Below the pieces are notes generated by a model. That model did no database searches. It was not told where the DNA came from and was given only the letters and a program-made list of their open reading frames with translations. Positions 9,693 to 20,691 of a DNA stretch of 64,000 nt are shown one piece after another; position 1 is the stretch's first letter, and each line of letters begins with the position of its first letter. Source of the stretch: Spirochaetota bacterium (lineage in GTDB: Bacteria; Spirochaetota; UBA4802; UBA5550). The position numbers and the translations under genes were made by a program. The stretch lies in NCBI GenBank assembly GCA_963664815.2, contig CAXXHB010000002.1:512001-576000 (forward strand), given 5' to 3'.

Positions 9693-11093
9693 TATTTCAT
9701 CTGGTTTATTATGCTCTGTTGGAAAAATAATTGTAAAAATTGTTCCATCTTCCGAACTGTTTATCGACACATCAGCATTATGCTCTTTTATAATTCTGTG
9801 GCTGAGCGACAGACCAATTCCTGTTCCTTTTCCTTTTTGTTTTGTAGTAAAAAATGGAGTCCATATTTTAGGAATTATATTTTCAGGGATACCACCTCCA
9901 TTATCCTGGATAATCAATTTTACCATATTGTCATTAAATGTGGTTGTGATTTTTATTGATCCGTTAAAATCAGTATTTGATTCCATTCTGGTAGATATCG
10001 CGTCTTTTGCATTTAGTATAAGGTTAATGAATAACTGCTCAAGCGAAAGATTGTCACCGTAGATTCTTGGTATTGAGTCATCAAGAACAAAGATAAGATC
10101 AATTCCGCTATTGTTAATCTGGTTATTAATGAGATCAATTGCGTTGAGAATACAAGCATTCAAATCTGCTTGCTGAAAAGAGAAGCCTCTTTTTCTGGAA
10201 AATGTTCTGATATGATCTATTATTGAAGAAGATCTGTCAACAAGAGATGAAATTTTAACAAGATCCGAAACGGCCTGCATATGGTCAAAATCGTTGTAAT
10301 TAATATCATCAATCATATTTTGTGAGATACATTTTATTCCGGTAAGAGGCTGTGTTAACTCATGAGCTATCCCGGTTGTTACTTCTGCAAGACTTGCATG
10401 TCTTGCAATTTGCAGAAGTTCAATATCTTTTTGTGATATGATTTTTTTCAGAGTATCATTACTCTGCTTCAATCTTGTAATAATCTGGTTTAGTCTTTTA
10501 TTGAGTGCATTTATGCTGAGCAGTCTTGAATTAATAAATTGAAGCCGTCGTGAATATTCATGATATGCAAAGAAAGTGGATATTACACATAAAAGAACAA
10601 GAGAAATCATAAGATGTTGTGCTTCATGATAATGATTGTAATAAAAGAAAAGCGATAGTGAGGGAATTATCATATAGATCAGAATCTGAAATTTATTAAT
10701 GAATTTTTCTTTTAATGAGATATAGAGATAAGTATAAAGAATAAAATGCTGAAGCATTATTATTGATAAGTTCTGATAAATAAAATATAAAATCATGAAA
10801 AGTACAGAAATCAGTAAAGATTCAAAGAGATGACTCTTTTTATCAACAGGATAATAATCTATCACAACAAAAATAAATGGAAAAGGATATATCAACATTG
10901 CGGCAGAAGCGGCGTGATTGATATATGGAGATTCAAAACCGTGGTTTTTAAAAAAAAGGGATAATATAATTATAAATGATGGTATTAAATTTAGAAGCAG
11001 TAACTTGGCTTTTTTATTTCTTATAAAAATAAAAAGTTGAATGGAAATATAAAAGAGTAGAACTAAAAGGATTTCTATAGGAGAGCTTGTCAT
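9681..11093 (-). CDS. Membrane sensor histidine kinase (NtrB-like HisKA/HATPase)
   Basis: H-box IAHELTQPL, N-box QLFINLILNA, DNGGGI, PFFTTK, GTGIGL; about 7 TM N-terminus. Confidence 0.92.
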   Translation of the reverse strand: MTSSPIEILLVLLFYISIQLFIFIRNKKAKLLLLNLIPSFIIILSLFFKNHGFESPYINHAASAAMLIYPFPFIFVVIDYYPVDKKSHLFESLLISVLFMILYFIYQNLSIIMLQHFILYTYLYISLKEKFINKFQILIYMIIPSLSLFFYYNHYHEAQHLMISLVLLCVISTFFAYHEYSRRLQFINSRLLSINALNKRLNQIITRLKQSNDTLKKIISQKDIELLQIARHASLAEVTTGIAHELTQPLTGIKCISQNMIDDINYNDFDHMQAVSDLVKISSLVDRSSSIIDHIRTFSRKRGFSFQQADLNACILNAIDLINNQINNSGIDLIFVLDDSIPRIYGDNLSLEQLFINLILNAKDAISTRMESNTDFNGSIKITTTFNDNMVKLIIQDNGGGIPENIIPKIWTPFFTTKQKGKGTGIGLSLSHRIIKEHNADVSINSSEDGTIFTIIFPTEHNKPDEILQS

Positions 11094-11930
11094 TTAATCT
11101 TCCCTGGATATTTTACTATTCAGAATTATTAAATTTTCAGATATGGCAAAAAAATATGATACCCTCAATGTAAATGGTTTTTGTATTTTTTCGATTTTTA
11201 TTGTCCCGCTTGATGTTTTTTCTTTTATGTTTACATTTTTTACAATGAAAAATCTGTAAGCCATTTCTCCTTGTGTTATGTTCTGGTCGTTTATAAAACC
11301 GGAAAAAGGTTTCTGCCCGTCAAGAAGTAGGTTTTTTTCAGCATTACTATCTGATGTTATTATTTCTATGAGAAGCAGGCTGTTAGAAAATTTCTTAAAA
11401 TCAAGATCTCCATTAGTATTTAAACCTATAGTTATTTTAAGCGGATCGGAAGATATTTTTCTTAAAGTGAAAGGTAACCCTTTTTTTGAAACTCTGTTAA
11501 TATTGAAATCACCTGAATTATTAAAAGGGATGAGTACCTGGCTATTTGCAGTTGTTTTAATAAGTGGGGAAATTTGTTTTCCATCAATTGAAATTTTATT
11601 TCCGGTTAAGATTACTTTGAATGAGTCAAAAATATCCGAATTTCCATTTAAGTCGATATCCAGTTGTGAAAAAAGAAAATCTTTTTCTTTTAAAGTCCCG
11701 TGTTCGATTGTTCCATTAAGTAGATATTTTTCAAAAGGCAGGGTAATGTTTATTTTTGAAAACATATCATAATCGTAAGTGTTTTTTACCTGGTAATCCA
11801 GTAAAAAATTAAATGGTGAAACTTCAGATACATTATATTTGGAAATTGAAATTTCGTTTCCATCTGGAGTTAAAGCAATGGCGTATAGAGATATAGTTAG
11901 TATAATTATACTTATTATTCTGATTTTCAT
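11094..11930 (-). CDS. Hypothetical exported protein
   Basis: 278-aa ORF with signal peptide; tightly coupled to both neighbours. Confidence 0.6.
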   Translation of the reverse strand: MKIRIISIIILTISLYAIALTPDGNEISISKYNVSEVSPFNFLLDYQVKNTYDYDMFSKINITLPFEKYLLNGTIEHGTLKEKDFLFSQLDIDLNGNSDIFDSFKVILTGNKISIDGKQISPLIKTTANSQVLIPFNNSGDFNINRVSKKGLPFTLRKISSDPLKITIGLNTNGDLDFKKFSNSLLLIEIITSDSNAEKNLLLDGQKPFSGFINDQNITQGEMAYRFFIVKNVNIKEKTSSGTIKIEKIQKPFTLRVSYFFAISENLIILNSKISRED

Positions 11931-12427
11931 AAAACTTTTAATAGAATTTCATTCATATTGAGTCGTTCACTCACTACAACTTCATCAGGATAACCGAATG
12001 CTATTAGAGCCATGAATTCATTGGAAAAATCTATTCCAAGTAAATCATTAATCTTTTCCCTGTTTTTAAGTATTTCACCAAGCCATACAGATCCAATTCC
12101 GATGCTGTGAGAATATAGAAGCATATTCTGAATGCAGGCACCTATACTCATGATATCTTTTTCTCTGTGATAACCTGCTTGTTTGTTGTAAAAGACGGCA
12201 ATACAGAAATCGGATCCTGATACTATATCTGAATAATGAGTCATTTCTGAAAGTCTGCTTTTAAAGGATTTGTCTTTTATTAATACAAATTTCCATGGTT
12301 GATTATTCTTTCCGGAAGGCGCCCATCTTCCAGCTTCAAGAATTTCATTAATAAGTAAATCGGAAACTGTTTCGTGTTTATATTTTCTGATTGATCTTCT
12401 TGAGTTTATTAAATCAAGGAGTTTCAT
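11927..12427 (-). CDS. Nitroreductase family protein
   Basis: RRSIRKY, WAPSGKNNQPW, GIGSVW, FGYPD. Confidence 0.92.
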   Translation of the reverse strand: MKLLDLINSRRSIRKYKHETVSDLLINEILEAGRWAPSGKNNQPWKFVLIKDKSFKSRLSEMTHYSDIVSGSDFCIAVFYNKQAGYHREKDIMSIGACIQNMLLYSHSIGIGSVWLGEILKNREKINDLLGIDFSNEFMALIAFGYPDEVVVSERLNMNEILLKVL

Positions 12428-12466
12428 TTTGTTTTCCTGTTTCTCTAAGATTCTTTATAATATCGA

Positions 12467-13198
12467 TTAATTAGGGGTTGCGGCAATAAAATTTTTAAGT
12501 TTTTCCTGTTTTTTATCAACAGCTGTTATATGGGCATTAATTATTTTCCCAAAATCAAGATCGCCTTTAATTATATTATACCTTTCAGATTCAATATTAC
12601 TGAGATGAGTGGTAATTTTAATTTTACTCGATTCTATGGCATATTTTTTGGCATCTTCCCAGTAGGGAATGGCCTCCTGGTATAGTTTTTTGGATATATC
12701 TAGACTGTTGTTAATATCTTTGGCAAAAGTAGAATCAGAAAATTTAATATTTTTTTTATCATATTTTGATCCGATTTTCAGATAGTTCCTCATGATCATA
12801 AGGTTAATATGCATAAACATCAGTTCTCTGTATTTACGATATTCATCATCGGATTCAACTTTTATCAACGCCAGTGATGGATGACGGAATTTACATTTAA
12901 GCCCTATTTTTAACATTTCAATATTTTTTCTTAAAGAAGATTCGTTATAGTATAATTTAATACCGAAAAGCAGATAATAATCTTCAAGGTAATGAGGTAC
13001 CGTTTCGTAATGTAATCTGACTTTTGGTATATAATCTGAAAAAGGAACAGACTCGTTTTTTTCACTGAAATATTGATATTGATAATCTTCACCGGAGAGA
13101 TTCATTCCGGAAAATAATACAATGGTGATAAGTATCAGTATTTGAAATTTTTTAATTTTTAAAATCATTATCGATGTTGATTCCCATAGAATAATCAA
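12467..13198 (-). CDS. Hypothetical exported alpha-helical protein (spirochaete-type)
   Basis: Signal-like hydrophobic stretch; FRHPSLAL...YRKYRELMFMHINL..KYDK motifs; start uncertain. Confidence 0.6.
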   Translation of the reverse strand: MIILWESTSIMILKIKKFQILILITIVLFSGMNLSGEDYQYQYFSEKNESVPFSDYIPKVRLHYETVPHYLEDYYLLFGIKLYYNESSLRKNIEMLKIGLKCKFRHPSLALIKVESDDEYRKYRELMFMHINLMIMRNYLKIGSKYDKKNIKFSDSTFAKDINNSLDISKKLYQEAIPYWEDAKKYAIESSKIKITTHLSNIESERYNIIKGDLDFGKIINAHITAVDKKQEKLKNFIAATPN

Positions 13199-13414
13199 AT
13201 AAAGAAATATGTCTGCTAGCCATATTAATATCGGAAGAAAAATGAACTGAGCTTATAATTAAATTATGGAAGCTATGGTTTTATATATTTACTTAGAAAT
13301 ATTCCTGTTAATTTATTAGAGCCGAAAAGGTATTAGATCAGTTTATTTTGTTTTTCCCCGGAGAAATTGCTAAATTGAAAAAGGAAACTGATAAATTTTC
13401 TGCGGGAGGTTAAA

Positions 13415-13870
13415 ATGAAGAATAAAAAGCTAAAATTTCTTGTCGCGATTGGTTTCAGTGAAAAACCACAAGATGTTCTTGAAAAAGCAGTTGAAGTTGC
13501 AAGAAAATATAGGGCAAGACTTTATGCTATTCATATTATAGCAGAGATGCCTAAGCTTACTTTTTATTATGATGCTTACAGGCTATGGGAGGATTTCAGG
13601 GAAAGTGCAGTAACAGAGGCTATGGATCTTATGAAAAGATATATTGGAAAGATGGCTGAAGATTACAGGGATATTGAACCGATAATTGAAGTTGGAGATC
13701 CTGGAGTAAAAATCCTGGAAAAAGCGGAAGAATTGGATGTTGATATGATTATTATGGGGCATCATGTGAGAAGCGGATTAACACATATATTGCATCAGAA
13801 CAGTTGCGAGAGGATTGTAAGGTATTCAAAAAAATCAGTATTAATATTTAATATTACCGGAGAAGAGTAG
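13415..13870 (+). CDS. Universal stress protein (UspA family)
   Basis: LVAIGFS, VGDPG..IL..A....DMIIMG, ERIVRYS; GGAGG RBS. Confidence 0.88.
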   Translation: MKNKKLKFLVAIGFSEKPQDVLEKAVEVARKYRARLYAIHIIAEMPKLTFYYDAYRLWEDFRESAVTEAMDLMKRYIGKMAEDYRDIEPIIEVGDPGVKILEKAEELDVDMIIMGHHVRSGLTHILHQNSCERIVRYSKKSVLIFNITGEE

Positions 13871-14342
13871 ATTAAATATATTTTTTTTCTTTAAGTCCGG
13901 AGTCATGAGAGAATATTTTTATATCTCCCATAGCCAGAAGGTCTTTCATAGAATATTTTTTTATGTTGTTAAAATCATCTTTTACATGTCTTTTATACCA
14001 GTTATCAATAACAGGGAGAAGTTCATTTTTCCAGAAAAATCTACCCCCTTTTCTTGTTTTTTTAGATTAAAATCACTTTAGACTATTAGTCAAACTTTTA
14101 AATGTTTTCCGGAAATATGAATAACCGTAGTATGTCTTAAATGATTTCTAATTATAAATATACTGGAAATGTTCTTACTAGTGCATTACCTTCCTTTTTA
14201 TTGCTGGACAATCATAAACTATAAATTACTATATGAAGAAATTAAATAAACGCGCAACACTTTATGCAGTGAGAAAGGATACAGGGGTAAATTCTCTGTT
14301 TTTTAAATAATTTTATTACCTTTATAAACTTCTGGAGGTTTA

Positions 14343-15431
14343 ATGCCGGGGATATATACTCACAATTATATTTTTCGCAAATGCGTGGAAAATATTTCCA
14401 GAAACAGAACCAAATCATACATTAATAGGTCAATTGAAACTCTATTCGACACTCCTGAACATTTTAAAGCGGGACTGTTCGGTGCTATAGGTCCGAATAT
14501 ATTTGATTATATGTATTTTATGCGAAAAGGGGATGATTATTCAAACGAAATAACATTTTCGTTACATGATAAAAATTGCGCATCTTATCTTCAGCATTTG
14601 ACTGACATTGTAATGAACAGTAAAGATAGCAGAAATGAATGGTCCTCTGTCCAGCGGGGGTACCTTTTTGGGTATATCTCGCACATAATTTCTGACTCAA
14701 TTATTCACCCTTATATATTTTACAGTTCCGGCTTTCCTGATAAAATGAACAGAGGGGATATTAACTTTTACAGGAAAAGAAATTTGAAGTTTGAGTACAA
14801 TATTGATAATTATTTTCTCTACAGAGATGAACTGGGTCCTGTTATAAATGTTATTGATGAGATGCTTCCGGTCAGCATAATTAAGGGTAAAAAGGTTATC
14901 TGGCCTCCAATAAAATATCTTATTCTTGAATCATTGAAAAGAGAGAATGAGTTGTTCTTCTTGAAACATTTTAGGGATATAAAGCGGAATAAACTGGATG
15001 GAGATATAGGTCCGGTAAAAAACTTTGATAAAATCCCTGCGGGAATTTCTCTTAGTTACAGAATTAAACGTACCGTTAATCCTAAATGGATTAACGTAAT
15101 TGATAAACTGCATGATAATCCATTAACATATTCAGATTATCTGGTGAGATATCCTCCGCCTAAACGGGTTGATGAAGATGCTATGAATCTTCATCAGGGA
15201 AGATGGCAATATCCTGCACATCAGAGAGGATTCAGATATGAATCAGTTCTTCATCTGATAAAGCTTTCAATTGAACAGATTCTCAGAGTCTGGGAATCTA
15301 TTGAGCCTGCTGTTTATGGGGAAAAATCTTTCAGATTAACTGAATTTATAGCTTTAAGCGCTTATACAGGAGAAAAAGGGGTTTTTTTTGAGGATATGAA
15401 GATTAAAGACCCCGTTAAATTGAAGGTATAG
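14343..15431 (+). CDS. Zinc-dependent phospholipase C/P1 nuclease-like protein
   Basis: MPGIYTH start, GAIGPNIF, GYISHIISDSIIHPYI; GGAGG RBS. Confidence 0.75.
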   Translation: MPGIYTHNYIFRKCVENISRNRTKSYINRSIETLFDTPEHFKAGLFGAIGPNIFDYMYFMRKGDDYSNEITFSLHDKNCASYLQHLTDIVMNSKDSRNEWSSVQRGYLFGYISHIISDSIIHPYIFYSSGFPDKMNRGDINFYRKRNLKFEYNIDNYFLYRDELGPVINVIDEMLPVSIIKGKKVIWPPIKYLILESLKRENELFFLKHFRDIKRNKLDGDIGPVKNFDKIPAGISLSYRIKRTVNPKWINVIDKLHDNPLTYSDYLVRYPPPKRVDEDAMNLHQGRWQYPAHQRGFRYESVLHLIKLSIEQILRVWESIEPAVYGEKSFRLTEFIALSAYTGEKGVFFEDMKIKDPVKLKV

Positions 15432-15450
15432 TTATTAATAAAAAAAACAG

Positions 15451-15478
15451 TTGAAAAAAAAGAGATAGATATGATAAT
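15451..15478 (+). promoter_or_regulatory. Putative sigma70 promoter of the rimP operon
   Basis: TTGAAA-16 nt-GATAAT just upstream of the rimP leader hairpin. Confidence 0.4.
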
Positions 15479-15491
15479 GACAACTGGTTAG

Positions 15492-15517
15492 AGGAGTGGC
15501 GGCGCCACTCCTTTTTT
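15492..15517 (+). terminator. GC-rich hairpin + U-tract in the rimP leader (attenuator-like)
   Basis: AGGAGTGGC-GGC-GCCACTCCT-TTTTT. Confidence 0.7.
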
Positions 15518-15521
15518 ATGC

Positions 15522-15971
15522 ATGGAAAGGCATATGCTGAGAGATGAAATTTTAGAAATTATAAATAAAGCTGCAGAAAATTCAGGTTACTCGATTTATG
15601 AATCATCTGTATATCTTAGCGGAGCCAATACAAAAATTACAGTCCGAATAGATTGTGAAAAACCGGTATCTCATAATGACTGTGAATTATACAGCAAAGA
15701 ATTAAGTTTATTGCTTGATGAGTGCGGAATTCTACCCGGCTATTTCCTTGAAATCTCTTCACCAGGTCTAAATAGAAAATTGAGGAATATTGAAGAACTG
15801 ATAAGGTTTAGGGAAGCACCGGTTAAGGTTATTTACGATTTTAATGGAGATCATAGAGTAGTAAAGGGAATTCTCTCCGGAATTGATGAAAATGGAATTG
15901 AAATTTCCGAAGAAAAGAATAAAGTATTAATAAGTCATAATGATATTATTAACGCCAATTTAGATTATTAA
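15522..15971 (+). CDS. rimP: Ribosome maturation factor RimP
   Basis: DCELYS, YFLEISSPGLNRKL; first gene before nusA. Confidence 0.93.
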   Translation: MERHMLRDEILEIINKAAENSGYSIYESSVYLSGANTKITVRIDCEKPVSHNDCELYSKELSLLLDECGILPGYFLEISSPGLNRKLRNIEELIRFREAPVKVIYDFNGDHRVVKGILSGIDENGIEISEEKNKVLISHNDIINANLDY

Positions 15972-15983
15972 AGGTTTAGTGAA

Positions 15984-17321
15984 ATGAGTAACAACTTTTT
16001 TGAAGCATTACATCAGATTGCAACAGATAAAGGGATCACCAGGGATGAGATAGAGAGCATTGTGGAATCTGCCATGCTTTCAGCCTTTAAAAAGCAGTAT
16101 GGTGCAGTGGAGAATGTAAAAGTCGCTTTTGACAGGGATAAAAACACTGTTAAAATTGTGACAAAGAAAATGGTCGTAAAAAAACCTACTCTCCCTGCTG
16201 AAGAGATAGCATATGATAGAGCTCTCAAAATAAAAAAGGATGTTGAGCTTGGCGACGAAATATTTGTTGAAGAGAATCCATTTGATTCATTCGGCAGAAT
16301 AGCAGCCCAGACGGCTAAACAGGTAATAATTCAGAAGATAAAAGAAGCTGAAAAGAATATCATTTTCAACGAATATAGTGGCAGAGAAGGGGATCTCATA
16401 AACGGATACCTTCAAAGAAGGACAAGAGATAATCTTTTTATTGATCTGGGAAAAACTGAAGGTTTACTTCCTTTGAGAGAACAAAATCCTCTTGAAAGAT
16501 ATAAAATTGGGGATAGGATAAAAGCTCTGATTCTTTCGGTAAAAAGCAGTGCCAAGGGTCCGGATGTAATTCTTTCAAGAGCTCACCCTAAATTTGTAGA
16601 AAAACTTTTTGAGATGGAGATTCCGGAAATTTATGATGGAATTGTAAAAATAGTCAAGATAGTCAGAGAGCCTGGTTTAAGGACAAAAGTGGCTGTTTCA
16701 AGCGACAGGGATGATGTTGATTCTGTTGGTGCATGCGTAGGGATGAAGGGAATCCGTATTCAGTCGATTGTCAGAGAACTTGAGGGTGAAAAAATAGATG
16801 TTGTTGCTTATTATGAAGATAAAAAGATAATGGCTGCAAATGCGCTTACTCCCGCTAAAGTAAAAGAAGTTGTACAGACTTCCACCGGAGGAGTTATTGC
16901 GGTTGTTGATAATGATCAGTATTCACTCGCAGTCGGACGTGCGGGGCATAATGTGCGTCTTGCTTCAAGGCTATGCGGATTTGAAATAGATATTAAGACA
17001 GAGGAATCGTATCAGGCTTTCCTCGGTTCCAGCGAATCAAGATCAATTGTTGAACAGCTTTTTTCAACAAGTGAATCTGACGAGACACCTCTTGAAGAAC
17101 TTGTTGATCTTGAACCAAGAATTGTAAAAATACTGGAGAAAGCAGGTATCTTTTCTGTTGAGGATCTTGTTGAGAGATCCATAGAGGATCTTATGAGAAT
17201 AGAAGGAATTGGCGAGAAAACTGCACAGAGAATTATGGAAATACTGGCTGATGTGGTTGATTTTGGAGATGGAGAAGACCAGGAAGCAGATGGGAATTCT
17301 ACCGAAGATGATCACATATAA
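15984..17321 (+). CDS. nusA: Transcription factor NusA
   Basis: FGRIAAQTAKQVI, S1 and KH domains, GACVGMKGIRI, C-terminal HhH. Confidence 0.97.
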   Translation: MSNNFFEALHQIATDKGITRDEIESIVESAMLSAFKKQYGAVENVKVAFDRDKNTVKIVTKKMVVKKPTLPAEEIAYDRALKIKKDVELGDEIFVEENPFDSFGRIAAQTAKQVIIQKIKEAEKNIIFNEYSGREGDLINGYLQRRTRDNLFIDLGKTEGLLPLREQNPLERYKIGDRIKALILSVKSSAKGPDVILSRAHPKFVEKLFEMEIPEIYDGIVKIVKIVREPGLRTKVAVSSDRDDVDSVGACVGMKGIRIQSIVRELEGEKIDVVAYYEDKKIMAANALTPAKVKEVVQTSTGGVIAVVDNDQYSLAVGRAGHNVRLASRLCGFEIDIKTEESYQAFLGSSESRSIVEQLFSTSESDETPLEELVDLEPRIVKILEKAGIFSVEDLVERSIEDLMRIEGIGEKTAQRIMEILADVVDFGDGEDQEADGNSTEDDHI

Positions 17322-17343
17322 AATTTAAAAAACAGGATTGTTC

Positions 17344-20253
17344 ATGAAAGCTATTGACGTTGCGACAAAAAATTTTATTACTTTTGAAGATGTAATCGAA
17401 ATATGTAAAGAGCTGAATATTGAATGTAAAGATACTGCAGCTGAGTTGAGTGAACATGAAACTTTTCTTGTGGAAAGAAGAATTGAGAGCGTTAAAAAAA
17501 GACGTGTTGAAGATGCTGAGAAAGCAAAAAAAAATAAAAAAATTAAGCTTAAAAAGAAAGTAGATGTATCGAATGATATAAGGAAAAAGAAAGGTCTTGA
17601 ATTAAGGGAAGAGAAAGAAGAGGGAGAAGAGGATCAAGCCAGAGAAGATGTTCATGAATATGAAAAGACAGTTCCGAACACTGCGGTTGTACATGAAAAG
17701 GTAAGCATTCCTGAAGATAGAGAAAAGAGTATTGTATCCGGAGATGAGAATTTTCAAAAACAAGAAACAGAAAAAATAATACCGCATTCTCAACCGGCTG
17801 CGTTTGATAAAAAACCTGAATCAAGAACCGGCAGCGAAAGGACACCGTATGCGACAACTGGTTCAGAGAACAGGCCTTCACGCCCTCAGGTGCAGAGGAC
17901 TGACAACAGAACAGATGGAAGATCTCCTAGATCTCAAGGTCAGAAACCGGAGGGAAGAACGGATAGCAGACCTCCACGTCCGCAGGGGCAGGGGCAACGA
18001 CCATATAATCAGGGATCTTCGGATAGCAGACCTCCACGTCCGCAGGGACAGGGGCAACGACCATATAATCAGGGATCTTCGGATAGCAGACCTCCACGTC
18101 CGCAAGGACAGGGGCAACGACCATATAATCAGGGATCTTCGGATAGCAGACCTACACGTCCGCAGGGACAGGGGCAACGACCATATAATCAGGGATCTTC
18201 GGAAGGGAGATCACAGCGTCCTCAGGGACAGAGAACAGAAGGAAGGCCGGGGGGCGGAAGAGATGGTGCACAGAGGAGTGGTGGAATAGGAAGAAGGTTA
18301 AATGTAAAGGATGATACACCATCATCTATAGAAATAGATGATCAGGCGGCTAAAAAGAACAAAGGTTTAGATAAAGAAAAAGAAAAAGAAAAACATAAAG
18401 AGAAAGAATTCCGCAGATTAAACAAACGAGAAAAAGAAGAAGCTGAAAAAGCTCTGATCCTAAAGAAAAAACAGAATGCAGAAAGTAGAAAGGTTGCTAC
18501 ACCAGACAAAATAAATATTACCGAGAGTGTTACAGTCGGTGAACTTTCCAAAAAACTGAATGTCAAGGCAAGTGAGGTTATCAGTAAGCTGATGAAACTC
18601 GGCGTTATGGCAACTATAAATCAGGCAATAGATTCAGACACTGCATCAATCCTCGCAGCCGAATATAATACTGAAGTCGGAGTTGTTTCCCTTTTTGATG
18701 AAACTGTTATTAAAAACGAGCAGGAGGATAAGGCTGAAGACGCAGTAACACGTCCTCCGGTTGTAACAGTAATGGGTCACGTTGATCATGGTAAGACGAA
18801 ATTACTTGATGTGATAAGATCAACAAATGTAATAGATAGTGAGTTTGGCGGAATAACCCAGCATATAGGCGCATATACTGTTAATACCAGGAATAAGAAG
18901 ATAACATTTTTTGATACACCAGGCCATGCTGCTTTCACCACAATGAGGGCGCGAGGTGCAAGTATTACCGATATAGTAATACTTGTTGTAGCTGCGAATG
19001 ATGGTGTTATGCCTCAGACTGTTGAAGCTATAAGCCACGCGAAAGCAGCAAATGTTCCTATAATTGTCGCAATCAATAAAATAGATCTTCCTGAAGCAAA
19101 TAGAGACAAAGTCAGGCAGGAATTAACCGGTTATGGTCTTATACCGGAAGAGTGGGGCGGGACAACACTATTTGCTGAAATCAGCGCTAAGCAGAATTTA
19201 AATATTGATCAACTTCTTGAGCTTGTAATTATCCAGGCGGAAATGCTTGAACTTAAAGCGAATCCGAAACTCCTCGCAAAAGGAGCTGTAATTGAATCAA
19301 GGCTGGATCCGGGCAGAGGGGCGGTGAGTACGGTGCTTATACAGTCAGGAACACTTCATGTCGGTGATCCGTTTGTAGTTGGAGTATATTCCGGTAAAGT
19401 GCGGGCGATGTTTGATGATAAGCAAAATCCAATTGAGGAAGCAGGTCCTTCAATGCCGGTGGAAATTCTCGGAATATCAGGCGTTCCAGCTGCGGGTGAT
19501 CCGTTTGAAGGTGTTGAATCGGACCGTATGGCTAAACAGGTTTCCCAGAAGCGTCTTGAGTATAAGAGAATTGAATCTGCAAAAAAAGTGCGTAAAGTAA
19601 CACTTGAATCTCTTAACGAGATGATTAAAGAGGGTGAAGTTAAGGATCTTAATGTGATTGTCAAGGCTGATGTTGATGGTTCATCACAGGCATTGACTGA
19701 AGCTCTTGAAAAGCTATCGAATGAGGAAATAAGAGTAAGAGTCATTCATTCCGGTGCCGGAGGAATAAATGACTCAGACGTTATGCTGGCATCCGCTTCA
19801 AATGCAATAATAATTGGTTATCATGTTAGACCAACAGGTAAAGTATCGGATCTTGCTGATAAGGAAAATGTATCAATCAAGTTTTATAATATTATTTTTG
19901 AAGCTACAGATGATATCAAGGCGGCCATGGAAGGTATGTTGTCGCCGGTATTCGAAGAAAAAATTCTCGGATCTGGTGAGATAAAGCAGGTTTTTAAAGT
20001 ATCCAAGATCGGTTCAATTGCAGGTTCTGTCTGCATGTCAGGCAAGATAACAAGGAAGGCTAAGGTCAGAATAATGAGAGAGGGCGTAGTGGTTTTTGAC
20101 GGACCATTGGCTTCCCTCAAGAGATATAAGGATGACGTGTCAGTAGTTGAAGCGGGTCAGGAGTTTGGTTTCTCTACAGAGAATTTCAATGATATGAAAG
20201 AAGGTGATTCTTTCGAAGCGTATGAAATTATTCAGATAGCAAAAAAATTATGA
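17344..20253 (+). CDS. infB: Translation initiation factor IF-2
   Basis: [28 protein letters not shown]; start probably ATG at 17344. Confidence 0.98.
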   Translation: MKAIDVATKNFITFEDVIEICKELNIECKDTAAELSEHETFLVERRIESVKKRRVEDAEKAKKNKKIKLKKKVDVSNDIRKKKGLELREEKEEGEEDQAREDVHEYEKTVPNTAVVHEKVSIPEDREKSIVSGDENFQKQETEKIIPHSQPAAFDKKPESRTGSERTPYATTGSENRPSRPQVQRTDNRTDGRSPRSQGQKPEGRTDSRPPRPQGQGQRPYNQGSSDSRPPRPQGQGQRPYNQGSSDSRPPRPQGQGQRPYNQGSSDSRPTRPQGQGQRPYNQGSSEGRSQRPQGQRTEGRPGGGRDGAQRSGGIGRRLNVKDDTPSSIEIDDQAAKKNKGLDKEKEKEKHKEKEFRRLNKREKEEAEKALILKKKQNAESRKVATPDKINITESVTVGELSKKLNVKASEVISKLMKLGVMATINQAIDSDTASILAAEYNTEVGVVSLFDETVIKNEQEDKAEDAVTRPPVVTVMGHVDHGKTKLLDVIRSTNVIDSEFGGITQHIGAYTVNTRNKKITFFDTPGHAAFTTMRARGASITDIVILVVAANDGVMPQTVEAISHAKAANVPIIVAINKIDLPEANRDKVRQELTGYGLIPEEWGGTTLFAEISAKQNLNIDQLLELVIIQAEMLELKANPKLLAKGAVIESRLDPGRGAVSTVLIQSGTLHVGDPFVVGVYSGKVRAMFDDKQNPIEEAGPSMPVEILGISGVPAAGDPFEGVESDRMAKQVSQKRLEYKRIESAKKVRKVTLESLNEMIKEGEVKDLNVIVKADVDGSSQALTEALEKLSNEEIRVRVIHSGAGGINDSDVMLASASNAIIIGYHVRPTGKVSDLADKENVSIKFYNIIFEATDDIKAAMEGMLSPVFEEKILGSGEIKQVFKVSKIGSIAGSVCMSGKITRKAKVRIMREGVVVFDGPLASLKRYKDDVSVVEAGQEFGFSTENFNDMKEGDSFEAYEIIQIAKKL
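17961..18200 (+). repeat. Four near-perfect 60-bp tandem repeats inside infB ([20 protein letters not shown] x4)
   Basis: Unit GGATAGCAGACCTCCACGTCCGCAGGGACAGGGGCAACGACCATATAATCAGGGATCTTC, with single-base differences between copies. Confidence 0.97.
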
Positions 20254-20266
20254 AACAGAATTGTCG

Positions 20267-20680
20267 ATGAAATACAGAAAAGACAGACTTGAAGAACTTA
20301 TCAAACGGATAGTATCTGAAATAATAATGAGGGAGCTTAAAGATCCGAGAATTGGATTTATTACAATTACAGGAGTTGTACTTAATAAGGATTATACAGA
20401 AGCAAGAATAGGAGTATCTATACTTGGAACTCCAACTGATGTGCGCAAAAGCATGGAGGGAATAAGATCTTCAAGCGGATTTGTACAAAAGCTTCTTGGC
20501 AAAGAACTTAAAATCAGAAATCTCCCAAGAGTATATTTCTATCTTGATAAATCCGTTGAAGAGGGAGTGGATATGGTTAATAAAATTAGTAATCTCCCTG
20601 GTGTACTGGATAGAAAAGATAAAGATAATGAAGATTTAAAAATTAATGATGATGATTCAACCGGTGACGGGGAGTTATAA
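20267..20680 (+). CDS. rbfA: Ribosome-binding factor A
   Basis: KDPRIGFITITGV, IRNLPRVYFYLDKS; follows infB. Confidence 0.93.
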   Translation: MKYRKDRLEELIKRIVSEIIMRELKDPRIGFITITGVVLNKDYTEARIGVSILGTPTDVRKSMEGIRSSSGFVQKLLGKELKIRNLPRVYFYLDKSVEEGVDMVNKISNLPGVLDRKDKDNEDLKINDDDSTGDGEL

Positions 20681-20691
20681 GTTTTAGTTCT

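Noticed and set aside
13903-14067. Open frame of about 54 codons on the minus strand
   Set aside because: No start codon or RBS at its 5' end and no recognisable motif
17961-18200. 60-bp repeats as a CRISPR array
   Set aside because: Head-to-tail with no spacers, in frame within infB, and no cas genes
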